DNA of 64,000 nucleotides, from assembly GCF_006345805.1 (NCBI RefSeq), contig NC_043002.1, positions 58,652,001-58,716,000 of the forward strand. The letters run 5' to 3'. The stretch is from Octopus sinensis. Taxonomy: Eukaryota. A model generated the notes under the pieces. The model saw only the letters and a list, made by a program, of their open reading frames with translations, was not told the DNA's origin and searched no databases. The stretch's first letter is position 1. Each line of letters begins with the position of its first letter. The translations under genes were made by a program, and so were the position numbers. Of the stretch, positions 1-14,482 are shown piece by piece.

Positions 1-139
1 CATTTCGCCCGGCGTGCTAACATTTCTGCCAGCTCACCGCCTTAAAAATTATACTAATAATGAGTTTATTATATACAGCACTCAGGTTAAATACAACTCC
101 TCGGCAAAAACATAAAAGTGGGAACCACAGGTTTGCTTG

Positions 140-345
140 TCATTGACACTTTACAAATTTAAAAACCTACAACTTTTCAACACTACCAAAGAACCACAGA
201 GATTTACGCAGTGTAGATGTGAATATTTTCGAAGAACATTTTCGAATTTCTATCTGAAGTACCAGATGAACCCACATAGCAGTAGGAAACACAGAAAAAT
301 AGCTCTGTTCAACCTGCTACTTCACCAGAAATAATTCCGGGGAGA
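140..345 (+). mobile_element. degenerate LINE C-terminal remnant
   Basis: Frameshifted LQLFN/LPKNHRDLRSVDVNIF/FLSEVPDEPT resembles the LINE C-terminus seen at 12555 and 53245. Confidence 0.5.
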
Positions 346-1410
346 AAGCCGAGAAATCAAAACCAGTCACAATAAAGGTGGAATCCCAGCGTTACTACAG
401 CCTCTGACTAAAGTTAAATATCTTCTAGAAATTTTGTCTGCTTGCTAAAAATATGTATCATGGGACAGAATCGGTATAACGACGAGTTACAATATTTTGT
501 AACCCTCTAGTTTTCAAATTCTGCCAAGACTGATTTTTAAAATTAATCTTTCATCTTTCTGGGTCGATAAAATAAATGTTAAAAGAATCAATTTAAACGC
601 ACCATACATCCCACCAAAATGTGTGTCAAAGTGGGAAATCGGATATTTTCTTCATATTTTTCTCTTTGCAAAAGTTACCTCCCTTGGATACCGCCTCGTA
701 TCCTAGCAACGTTGTAATATCACGCCTGACGGTTTGAGAAGCCGTACACGACGAACATGGATTGTTAGACGGTAGATTTTATTTAATACATCTCTATACT
801 CCCTACATCACACAAACACACGCTCTTTATATATATATATGTAAAAAAATACAAACTGGGACAAGAACGCAAAACATTTAGAAGACGATACAAAAAATAC
901 GGACGGGACATTCGAAGCCTTCAATCTTCAGTCAAGAACCGGATCATCCTCGCAATATATATATATATATACTTTTACAAGAGGGGTGAGGTCTAACGAA
1001 GTCACTGTCTCCTTACTGCTTGTAAAAGGATATAAATATGAACCCTTCGAAAAGTATTAAGTAATTCTCTTCAGTTTCATGTTAAATTATTTTAACACAA
1101 CATAAAAACAAACATTTATATATGTATGTGTGTGTGTGTGTATGTATGTATGTATATAATGCCTAAGTACAGTTTGGTGTCCTCCGACTTCGCTTCCTCG
1201 GGTCAAAAATATTAAGGCTCAATACTTTGGAATTTGTATTATAACACACAGAAAGAAAACTGAACTTTGTTTAAATGCATCTTCCAATTCCATGTTTGTA
1301 ATGAATAATACCAATTGAGATGATGCCATCAATATTTTCTTGTATGATGTTTAGATATCGGGAGCAAGTTATTGGATTGTTTTCTGAGCTAAAATCGGAT
1401 GTCCACCATG

Positions 1411-1622
1411 TACGATGGGGTGCTGGGATGCTGAAAAGTTCCTGGCTTTGGGTTAAAAAAAAACTACAGGAGGATCAGTTAATTATGATTTTATTCATCA
1501 TACTCCACACTTATTGTAGTGATCCTTCAGTTTTTCTAAGCCCTGTAAAAAAAAAAATTCGTGGGGGTGGGCTTCCAACCAGGCCTTTCGCGACACCCTT
1601 AAAGCCAGGAACTTTTCAACAC
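1411..1622. mobile_element. mariner-derived MITE
   Basis: Inverted repeats gctgaaaagttcctggcttt (1430-1449) and aaagccaggaacttttcaac (1601-1620). Confidence 0.7.
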
Positions 1623-4600
1623 TTCTGGTTATTTTCTTTTTTAATTTTCATTAACATAATATCCATCTACTTGTTTCAAAATTGTTATTTGAAAGATATG
1701 AGGAAATACTGTCGGTGAAATACCCAAAACTGTATGTATGTATGTATGTGTCGGCCAGCTAGAAATAACAGCCAAATCTCTTTTTTATCACATATTTTAC
1801 CGACTTAACGAGTTAAGTACACATTGGATAATGTATTCTTGATATACTATGTCTGAAAATAGCAAGAGATGATAGTCATGCCTGGAACGGCTTAGACCAT
1901 TATTCTGCTGGATTAACACCTAACCCGCGATTAAACATTAACAATGAACTGTTATGGATGTGTTCCTTAACCTAATCTTAATCCGTTGCGTAAGGTAAGT
2001 TGCATTTTATTATTTACTTGTTTAATTTCTATTTTAGTGTTATATAAATCATTGAAATATTTTTGATACAGAGAGAAACGTCATTTTCAGTGAGAATTTC
2101 ATGTATTTCTTCGATTATTTCTTCTTTTTTGTATATATATTCTCTCGTAAACTCTGGAAAGGTTTTCAGTTTGTCTTCCATCTTTGTTGTCAGATATTTT
2201 GATAAAGTAGAGATGAAAGAAAGAGTGGGAGGGAGGATGGAGACAGAATGGAAGCGGAGAGAGAAAGAGGGCGGGGGAGAGAGTAAAAGAAAGAGAGGGT
2301 GGAACGAAGGAGAGAGAAGGAAAAGAGAAAGTGTGGAGGGTAAGATAGAACACGATAAAGAGCGAAAGAGAGGAGACAGAGAAAGAGAGAGAGAGCAGAG
2401 ACAAAAACAAAAAGAAAGGAAGGGGGGGAAGAAAAGGAGAATAGTGATAGTGGGAGGAAAGAGAAAGAACAGAGGGAGAGAATGGACGGACAGAGAGGGA
2501 GAAAAGCGGATAGAGAGAGGGGATGACTATATTTATTTATTTATTGCCCTCAAAGGACTAAACATAGAGGGGACAAACAAGGACAAAGGGATTAAGTTGA
2601 TTATATCGACCCCAATTCGTAATTGGTACTTATTTAATCGACCCCGAAAGGAAGAAAGGCAAAACCGATATAAGCGGAATTTGGGGGATGACTACATAAT
2701 AGTATTTAGTGATTTCGTTCTTCCACCTCCTATCTTAAAATTCCATCATGGTCTCGTCTTTGCCATGCCTCTCTCTTTCTGATCCCTAAATTGCCTTACC
2801 TTGACTTGGGCCCTAAATTCCTTGATGATATAATAATGGTGATGATATGACATACATCATGTCTTGGACAGCTTTAGACATAGCAGACCCATCTCTTTGC
2901 AAGTCTTATCTCAGTCGATTCTCTTCCAGAAAATACAAAACTTAGAAAGGCCTATGGAGAAAGGGTCCCGAAAGAAGGAAAGGCAAAGTTCATCTCACTA
3001 GGATTTAAACTCTGAGAGCAAGGAGCAGGAACAATTACCACAAGGCAATCTTTCCGACGCTCTAACGATTTTGCCACTTGGCAAATTATTGCTGATATGC
3101 TAAAATCGATACAATATCAATAACGGTTACTAATAATCTTTTCTACTATCGGCACAAGGGCTGAAAATTGGGGAGAGAGAACTAGTCGATACCATCGACC
3201 CAGTACTCAACTGCTACTTAATTTATCGACCCTGAAAGGATGAAAGGGAAAGTCGACCTCGGCGGAACTTGAACTCAGAACGTAAGCAACTGGAGAAATA
3301 CCGGTAAGCATTTCGCCCGGCGTGCTAACGATTCTGCCAGCTCGCCACATGCCACAAATTTGGAAAAGAGGGTAGAGTTGATTTTATATGCAAACTGGAA
3401 AAATAGAACTTAAAATATGAGTATATGTATATTTTAAATGACATTTAGCAGAAGAAACAGAGTGACTCTGTTATTTTTGCTAAATATTAATACATACACT
3501 CACGCACACACACACCTACGTATCTATGTGTGTGTGTGTGTATGTACAGACTACAATTTGATTCCAGCAATTTAATTTCCGGTAAACTTTTTCTTTATTT
3601 TTCATTTTTTTCTTTTCTCCATCGATTTTTACCTTTCAGCTATAACTCTCATTTTCTTCCTGTCGTCTGCTATTCTTGGCAAGCAGACGACAACTTCTTT
3701 TCACTTCGTTGTTATTTCAGCCTTCGTCGTTATTGTCTTCTTCTTCTTTCTTTCTTTCTTTCTTTCTTTTCTGTTGGTCTCCCTCTCTCCCCATCTTTTA
3801 TTTGTTCATACTGTTTTCTGCCCCCCCCCCCATTGCTCTTTCTCTTGTTCCTCTTCCCTGCTGTCTCTTTCTTTAAAAGTTCTTTCGAAAATAACGGTCG
3901 ATGCACGTTTTCTTGTTAGGTCCTCCCAAAACTCACGATAGAGGTAACTGTATAAGTGAATGGGTTTAGAGTTTACTTCAAATTCTTGCACAGACAATTG
4001 AAAGAAAGAATTCTGGTGGGAAAAAGAATCCAGAAGCTTTTACTTTTAAGTAGGAAAATTGAACAAAAGTGTTCCATAAGAGCATAATAGAAAGACGAGT
4101 GGAGTTAACAGGATTAGGATCAGCTGCTGTAGATAAGCAAAGACCTTTGTAATTGGGTTTGAAGAGATAAGAAGTTGTTAAAGTGGATGGATATGTAAAA
4201 TCTAGTTAAAAAAGGCAAATATCCTTTTTAAAAAATTTTTTTGATGAAGTCTAGAATATGCCTGTTTTTGCTAAGAAAAGGAGACCAAATGTATTCTTTT
4301 GTACTCTAGATAGAAGGCCCGAAATTTTGGGGGAGAGGGCAGTTGATTAGATTAACCCAGTATGCAACTGGTACTTAATTTATCGACCCCGAAGGCAAAG
4401 TCGATCTCAGCGGAATTTCAACTCAGACTGTAAAGGCAGACGAAATACCGCTAAGCACTTCACCTGGCGTACTAGCGTTTCTTATTTCTTTATTGCCCAT
4501 AAGGGGCTAAATGTAGAGGGGACAAACAAGGACAGACACAGGGATTAAGTTGATTACATCGACCCCAGTGCGTAACTGGTACTTAATTTATTGACCCCAG

Positions 4601-5168
4601 TGCATCACTGGTACTTAATTTATCGACCCCAAAAGGATGAAAGGCAAAGTCGACCTCGGCGGAATTTGAACTCAGAACGTAACGGCAGACGAAATACGGC
4701 TACGCATTTCACCCGGCGTGCTAACGTTTCTGACAGCTCGCCGCCTTCGAGACCAAATGTATTGTGGTATAAATGTGATTGTATGTAAAATTATGAAGAT
4801 ACTGATGTTTAGACACCATTCTAAGGGTTAAAATATTGCATTGGAATTAATATATAATTGCTTCAAAGAACTTTTTGTAGTAAAAGCCTAAAGCAGAGGT
4901 CCTCCATCATTTTTTGCCTATAGACCCCTTTGATTCTTCTTTACTCCGCTGGACCCTCATAACCATTTAATGTCTAAAAAAAAACGTTGTTTTGATAATT
5001 CAACATTATTAAGAATTGTATGAAAAAATATGTTAGAATATTTTGTGTATTGTAGATGTATAACCAATTTATTGCTCATGAATTTTAACAACACAATCTT
5101 ACATGGACCCCCAAGGTCCACTGATCTAAAGCAAGCTTAGTAATTTCAGTTAAATATCTGAGCCTTAA

Positions 5169-5364
5169 CCCTTTTCTTATTATATTTCCGTTGAAATAGA
5201 CTGACTTTGTTTCAATTAATTTTGAAGATAATAAAGAATTTAGTAATTCATTAAAATGGTGTTTGAAATATAAATTAATATGGAATTTTGATGGAAGGTT
5301 TTAATATAACTCACTTTAAAACAAGAACTAGGAGTTAGTCTCAAATGGGTTGGTATGAAAAGGG
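5169..5364. mobile_element. piggyBac-like MITE with TTAA target-site duplication
   Basis: TTAA|CCCTTTTC ... GAAAAGGG|TTAA. A 5' fragment of the same family lies at about 43890-43990. Confidence 0.75.
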
Positions 5365-5404
5365 TTAAATTTATTGTAAAATTTTCCCTCTTTTCTGAAA
5401 CAAA

Positions 5405-5870
5405 CTATTTTTACATTATTTACACTTGACAGATATTTGTCCTCATCTTGTTTGTTGTTAACACACATTTCGGCCCATATGCCCTCCAGCCTTCATCAGG
5501 TGTCTTGAGGAAATTTCGAACCTGGGTTCTCATTCCTAAGGTATTTTTCAATGTTGATGTTGTTGTTATTATGCCCACGGGCATATGGCATAGTGGTTAA
5601 GGGCACGATCTACTAACCTCAAGATTCCGAGTTCGATTCCATGCAGTGACAATAATAATAATGATAATATTAATAATAATTATAATAATAATAATGATAA
5701 CAACAACATCGAAAAATACCTTAGGAATGAGAACCCAGGTTCGAAATTTCCCCAAGACACCTGATGAAGGCTGGAGGGTATATCAGCTGAAATGTGTTTA
5801 CAACAAACAAGGTGAGGACAAATATCCATCAAATGTAAATAATTCCTCATCTCTTAAATATAGAAACTAT
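5405..5870. mobile_element. inverted pair of the hammerhead-SINE family (headless minus copy abutting a headed plus copy)
   Basis: 5405-5571 is the reverse complement of the linker/hammerhead/tail of 5579-5870. Both hammerheads are degenerate (GAAATGTGT). Confidence 0.85.
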
Positions 5871-5986
5871 TTTTATACTGAAAGACATTGTTATGAATAT
5901 AAGAACCTTTTACCTATAAGATGCTCCGATATTTCAGCAGATTTAGAAAATGGATAAAATAAAACAGGTTTGGAGGTTGAAATTAT

Positions 5987-5992
5987 TTTATT
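5987..5992 (-). terminator. polyadenylation signal AATAAA of TUBA-A
   Basis: AATAAA about 50 nt after the stop codon on the coding strand. Confidence 0.65.
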
Positions 5993-6042
5993 CGTAGAAT
6001 AATAGAGAAAATGACGCTTTTCAGATAAATATATCATGGACG

Positions 6043-7420
<1,378 letters not shown>

Positions 7421-10225
7421 TTCATCATCATCATTGTTTTAGCATCAACTTTCTTATGCTTGCATGGGTCAAACAGAATTCATTTAGGCAGGTTTACTAT
7501 GGCTGGATGCTTTCCCTGTCTCCAAACCTCATCTCTTTCTAAACAAGGTAATATTTTCCCATCACCAGACATGTTTTCACAAAATATTGGAAACAAAGGG
7601 TACCGCTTGCATATGATGTCAAAGCAAAGAGACAGTAACACACACACATACACACACGACAGCCTTCTTTCAGAAAATCCACTCACTAGGCATTGGTTGG
7701 TCCAGGCCTATAGTAAAAGACACTTGCCCAAAATGCCACACAGTAGGACTGAACTCAGATTCAGGTGGTTGGGAAGCAAAGTTCTTACCACAAAGCCACA
7801 CTTGTGCTGATAAATTATATTATATTCACCGCTGGTTGGTGAACTCTGAGAGAAATTTCGTCTTGGTTGACACCATTTTACTTTATTTATATCATCCATG
7901 AACTCTGGATATTTAAATCAATAAGTATTAATTCAATTGAGACATAATCAATTCATATCAAGCCACTATACTGTATCCAAACTCAAGATACTTGGCTTCC
8001 AATTACTAAATCTAATTATCTGTAATCAATTACTATGGCCAGTATAACTCATTGCTGTAAACAGCTGCAACCTTGGAATTGATTATTTTTGCCTTGGCAC
8101 AGGAGTGGCTGTATGGTAAGAAGCTTGCTTACCAACCTCATGGTTCTGAGTTCAGTCCCACTGCTTAGCAAATTGGGCAAGTGTCTTCTACTATAGCCTC
8201 AGGCCGACCAAAACCTTGTGAGTGGATTTGGTAGATGGAAACTGGAAGAAGCCCGTTGTATATGTGTGTGTGTGTTAACAACAAACAAGATGAGGACAAA
8301 TATCCATCAAATGTAAATAATGTACATAATTCCTCATCTGTTAAATATAGAACTGTAATAAAAAAAATATGGTACTAATTCTTCCTGCAGAAAGTTTTAT
8401 TGGCAACAGCCCAGAGACTTATCTGGAAGGAGATTTATCCCTCATCTTTTTAATTCTTTAGTAATCTGAATTGAGCATCAGTCCTGGAAATCCTTGCAAT
8501 TTGGAAATGATTTGTTTGTTAGCTTGTGTGTTAGCTTGAGAAAGCATAAAGACATCATCTTAGCAGTATCTTTTTGCCTTGGTATAAGAAAAACTAAACA
8601 GCCTGGAACAGACAATCAATCGTGTCTCCATAACTAATAATGGATGATATTGAACATGGAACATTTATAGGTGCAGACATAGCTGTGTGGTTAAAACGTT
8701 TGCCTCCCTACCATGTGGCTTCAGGTTCAGTTCCGCTGCATGGTACCTTGGGCAAGTGTCTTCCACTATAGCTTTGGGCCAACTAGCAGCTTGTGAGTGG
8801 ACTGGTTAGACAGAAACCAAATAGAGTGTGTACATGCATGTGTGTGTGTGTGCGTATGTGTGTGCATATGCACATGCATATGTGTATGTGCATATGTGTT
8901 GGTGTGTGTGCACTTGCATGCACTTGTGTGCATATGTGTGCTCTTGTGTACGTGCGTGTGTGTGTGTGTGTCCATTCATGTACATGTGTGTGCACACGCA
9001 TATGTATGTATATGTGTATGTCTCTGCTTGTTGTGATGTCGCATTATTTTTATAAGCATCACCATCGAACGAGCAGTGTCACTCATTTCCAGTCTTCCAT
9101 GAAAATATGTCCAGTCAACAAGAAATATTGCATCACCTGGAAATAGGTGAGGGCATCCGGCCATAGAAAGTCTGCTTTTTATATCCTCACATCATTGTGA
9201 TATACATTGTTGACAAGCATAAAAGATGTTGACTCTGACCCAGTGTAGTAGTACCTGTCAGGTTCCCAGCTATGAGTTAACTACGATGTCACACTATTGC
9301 TTTTGGACAGTGCTCACAAGACATCCCAACGGAGCCAGGGCAGATAAGGCCCTTTAGCCCTTTAACTGCCCATCTAAGAGAAGATAATTCTATATCAATC
9401 CTACATCCTGATAACTATTCTTTGCTACTCTAGGCACAAGGCCCAAAATTTTGGGGAAGGGGATCAGTCAATTATATTGACCCTCAGTACACAACTGGTA
9501 CTTAATTTATTGACCCCAAAAGGATGAAGGGCAAAGTTGGCCTCAACGGAATTTGAACCCAGAACGTAAAGACAGACGAAATACCACTAAGCATTTCACC
9601 TGGCGTGCTAATGTTTCTGCCAGCTTCCTACCTTATCCTGATAACTATTGGGCTCATGGCATTGTTGTACCTGACCAATAAGGCTGGCAGACTAGAAACA
9701 GGGACTGGCTCTGCACAAACTATGCACACTATGATAATCCTTTCTACTGGAAGCACAAGGCCTCAAATTTGGGGGAAGGGATTAAGTCGATTACATCGAC
9801 CCCATTGCATGACTAGTACTTGTTTGAGTGACCCCAAAAGGACGAAAGTATGCACACTATAATAATAATCATTGTACAAGTTGTTCTGCAAACTGAAACA
9901 CCAGCATTAACACTGTCATAATTTCATAACAAAGAATTCTGTGGAGTTGAGTCTTGCCGATTCTTCATTCATTGAAGAGAGTCCACCATTTATTCAAAAG
10001 AGATGTTTTACAACATGGTGCTTCATTGCAAATAACATCAAATATATAGTAAATATATTCATAGGCACAGGCGTGGCTGTGTGGTAAGAAACTTGCTTCC
10101 CAACCACATAGTTCTAGGTTCAGTTCCACTGCATGGCACCTTGGGCAAGTGTCTTCTACTATAGCCTCAGGCCAACCAAAACCTTTTGAGTGGATTTGGT
10201 AGACGGAAACTGAAAGAAGCCCATC

Positions 10226-10271
<46 letters not shown>

Positions 10272-10406
10272 TTGTGTGCCTATATTTGTCCCCCATCACT
10301 TGACAACTACTGCATGGCACCTTGGGTAAGTGTCTTCTACTACAGCCTCGGGCCGATCAAAGCCTTGTGAGTAGATTTGTTAAATGGAAAATGAAAGAAG
10401 CCCATC

Positions 10407-10442
<36 letters not shown>

Positions 10443-10611
10443 TATATATGTATGTATGTATTTGTGTGTCTGTGTTTATCCTCCCACCATCGCTTGATAA
10501 CCGATGTAGATGTGTTTATGTCCCCTGTAATTTAGCAGTTCAGCAAAAGAAACCAACAGAATAAGTACTAGGCTTACAAAGAATAAGTGCTGTAGTCAAT
10601 TTGTTTGACTA

Positions 10612-10917
<306 letters not shown>

Positions 10918-12554
10918 TCAAGCAACAACAAAGACATTTATCATTAAATAATAATATCAAAACCTCAGGTGTCTAATAGTGCATTGCTGTTTTGACGGTG
11001 TATAATTATAAACTATGGAGCACAACATATGAATTAGACTGAGTGACCCCTAAATGAGTAAAACGAAGGAAACAGAATAAGAATATTTTTTATCGAGGTA
11101 AAAATAGCTTTTTATATCAGCAGTTGATGTTTGTGAATCGTTAACATTGAAAGTGAAAGGTGAAAACGAAAATAAATTCAAATTAGAATAGATTAGGGAA
11201 TTATTAGTGCTGACATGGTTTGGTTGTTAAGAATTTTGATAGTCAACCACATGGACTCAGGTCCAGTCCCATTTCAGGGCACCTTATTTTGTGTACACAC
11301 ACACACACATATATGTATATCAAAAGGATGTGTTATAACACTATACCACATATACACAAACAGTCATACCAGCAATCCAACATACCTCCATCATCAGCTG
11401 CCCCACTTACATCATTATAGTTTTAACACCTGGGCAGTACCATTCAATTCGGCAGTGTCAACAGTACTTAAAGAAGTGCTGTTTGGGAACAAATATAGCA
11501 AAAGACAAAACACAACTTTCAAACACATTTACCCTATGTACAACAGTTTTCAATCAAATATAGGCAGGATTAAACGTTAACTTTAAAATTAAACTACAAC
11601 AAGAAACGCATAAATCTATGTACATCTGTATCGGGAATTATAATAAACCTACAATAACTAATTTATAGAAAAACAAAAGACAAAGACAGGTGTATGAACA
11701 ACGAGCAGGTGTATTAGTTTGATGCTCTGGAAATTGAAAAAGTCTTGTATGTTTCAAGCCTATGTTCTTCAACAGAAAGGAATAAGAGAGAATTAAAACA
11801 GAGTGAGAATGATTTAGCAGTCTAGCATGGCTAAGCATGTGTTATTTCCACCTCCATCTTTTATATATGTAACAGTTTTAATTAATTTGTAAACAATATT
11901 ATGAAATGTTGATAGTCAGCTGGTGTGGCAATAAAGTTTTGATGTTATTGCATATTGTAAGATGTGAAAGATGAACAATGCATGGAGTTTTAAGGAAATG
12001 TTTATTTACCGTTACGTTACAATACTTTGCCTCGATGGGCAGGTTTTGGTTCATCCAAAAGCATGCAAAGTAAAGTTTGTGTATGTGTCCTCTTCATTGT
12101 TTAGTAGTAGTAATTACAGAGAGAGATAGAATGATGTTAGAAGGGACAGAATTAGAGCTAGAGAGAATTGTAGGGTGTTGTCTCACAGTTGCTTTCTCCC
12201 TCTGACCAAGGTTGGTCAGCCAAACCTTGTTGAGTCGTCACGACTGTGACAAACTGATTTTTGCTTGGGATGTACTTGCTTATATAAAGATCCAGAAGGA
12301 TAGATATATCATTGAGAACAATAGATTTAGTTGGTGGTCTTGTTATCTCTATTCTAGCTTTTGGTGAAGTAGAAAAGGTTAGAAAGGGTCAAGTAGTGAA
12401 GACATTATTTCGGCCTAGCTAAAGGCATCTGGAAAATGTAAAACTGCTGTCAGAGAAAAACCATTGTTCCACCATGGGAACAGTTCTGTTGCAGAATTAA
12501 TTTAAATTTGGCTATGGTGGATTGAATCCACTTCATGCTTGCAAAATCCACTAC

Positions 12555-12832
12555 ATATAACTTAGAATAACTTAGAAAGGTTTTGGCCAGTATTGGCCCA
12601 GGCCATGTCTGACTTAACAGCACCACCTGGCGAAATCTTTCAATTCAGGATTTGGGCACCAAGGCCCATTCGAGCAAAGAGTTATTGTTTGCGGTGACAT
12701 ATCCAGGTGTGGGTGGTTTGTCCGGGACTGTTTGAAGGAATTTGTCCAAAGACTTCTTGAATTTTGTGTGGTCAGTTTCTGTTTTGATGTGTCCTGGTGT
12801 AATGTTGAAGAGAGCGGGTCCAATTGATATAA
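12555..12832 (-). mobile_element. 3' end of the same LINE family as 53245-53525
   Basis: GPALFNITPGHIKTETDHTKFKKSLDKFLQTVPDKPPTPGYVTANNNSLLEW with the same caggtggtgctgttaagtcagacatggcc tail. Confidence 0.75.
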
Positions 12833-12834
12833 CT

Positions 12835-13114
12835 GTGGAAATAGTACAGAAATAAGTCTAAGACATTTCAATTTAAGAGCAAATTTAATAAAGATGATGT
12901 TAAAAATTAAATAAAGAAAATATTACCAGTTTCAATGAATCTCATCTTATCAAATATCAGTGAACATTTATAAAAATTTGAAGTAAAAACAGTTTATCTT
13001 CTATCTGGGGGTCAAGAAACTGGTGATGTTTTCTGTATATAATTTTTAAAATCATTTTTATTAAATTCCCTCTCAAATTGAAATGTCTTAGACTTACTTC
13101 TGTGCTATTTCCAC
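12835..13114. repeat. imperfect inverted repeat (99-bp arms, 82-nt spacer)
   Basis: 12835-12933 vs 13016-13114, about 11 mismatches by eye. Confidence 0.88.
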
Positions 13115-13149
13115 CTCCATCTTTTATATATAAAAATTTGTTTCAACTG

Positions 13150-13180
<31 letters not shown>

Positions 13181-13523
13181 ATAGACACACACACAAGTAT
13201 ATATATATTATGTATGTATGTATATAAACAGCAGTTTGCAATGTTTCACTATAAAGGAGAATTATAATTATTCTTAAATGCAACTTGGAAACACCTACAT
13301 TGCTAGAAATAAGAGTTAAAAAGCTCTAATGCTATAGTTAATGCACATGAATGAAAACATATACACTAACAGGAACCATAATTGTCCGAAAAGTGCCGAT
13401 ATATATATATATAAGAACGCAAATGGAGTTTAAAGTTTACGACAGCTGTTTCAGTAAAATTTTATTGATACCTTCATGGTTGTTTTACCTCACTATGAAC
13501 TCTAGGTTATTGTACCTAGCAAA

Positions 13524-13882
13524 GATGGGCACCGTTAATTGAAAAGTTAAATTTTTAACTGTTAATCTGTTAACCAAAAAGCTAACTTTGATAACCATTA
13601 ACCAATTAATTATTTCCTATGTAACAGAGGTTCTGTATAAGCCGTTAACATTAATTTTTATTAGAGAAAAAAACCCAAAAAAATCTGTTTTTGCTCTAAA
13701 ACCACATAAAACACCTTTAAAAAGTGCCAAAATTGAAGTTAACTCAAGTTGATTTGAGTTAGCGGAAGTTAAATGTAATGGAAATTAATTAGTCTGATAA
13801 TGATTTCCAAAGTTAACTTAAAAGTTAAGTCATTAACGAAAATGCTAACTTCGTTAATTAACGCTTAACAGTTTGGTGCCCA
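13524..13882. mobile_element. MITE-like element with GGGCACC/GGTGCCC termini and many TTAAC/GTTAA subterminal repeats
   Basis: Short terminal inverted repeat; the interior is saturated with GTTAAC-type hexamers. Confidence 0.5.
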
Positions 13883-14363
13883 GATTTCGTACCATTTCTG
13901 GTCTCCTATGTGTTGATACGCCTAGATTCTACTGAATCCTATAACTAAAACAAACACACACAAGGAGAGACGTGGTTATATGGTTGACAAAACTTGTTTT
14001 CTAACTTTTGGTTTGGGATTTGGTCCTACAGTGTAATAATACCTTGAACTAGCATCTTTTACTGTAGCCCTGGGCTGACCAAAGCCTTGTGAGTGGATTC
14101 GGTTAATGGAAAATGGTGAGCAGACACACATACATATTCTCATACCTCACAATTCTTTTTGAAATTTCAAGTTTCACTTTGCAGATGCATGTGATGTGTG
14201 CCAGTATGTATGCATGTGAGCTCATCAATTATTTTTTTCCATATTAAATTCCGATATAATTGTAATCTACACACCCCGAAAGATATTTACTCTCTTTTAC
14301 TCTTTTACTTGTTTCAGTCATTTGACTGCAGCCATGCTGGAGCACCGCCTTTAGTAAAGGGAA

Positions 14364-14482
14364 TGCTTATAGCACCTAGGTTTCCCAAACGGTCACCCAT
14401 CTAAATACTAACTAGGCTCGATGTTGCTTAACTAGGGTGATCGGACGAGAACCGGTGCTTTCAACGTGATATGGTCGTTTGC
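14364..14482 (-). pseudogene. 5S rRNA pseudogene, full length (119 nt)
   Basis: Minus strand GCAAACGACCATATCACGTTGAAAGCACCGGTTCTCGTCCGATCACC...AGTTAAGCAAC...TAGATGGGTGACCG.... Helix I is mismatched (5' GCAAAC vs 3' ATAAGC), the internal control region carries substitutions, and no T4 terminator follows. Confidence 0.88.

Noticed and set aside
905-955. Minus-strand CTGAAGA...GAATGTC hammerhead-like motif
   Set aside because: GAAA core is broken and stems I and II do not pair convincingly.
2063-2782. 239-aa R/E/K-rich ORF
   Set aside because: Runs through a GA-rich low-complexity tract and a SINE; no recognisable domain.
3600-4260. Minus-strand stretches that look vaguely coding (e.g. YREFWEDLTRKRAST)
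   Set aside because: Interrupted by stops, and I cannot assign a family; possibly an old TE remnant.
11441-13895. ATG|GTACTG (11441-11443) and ATG|GTACGA (13893-13895) as TUBA-A exon 1
   Set aside because: Weak donors without clear promoter features; less likely than 25554-25556 but not excluded.
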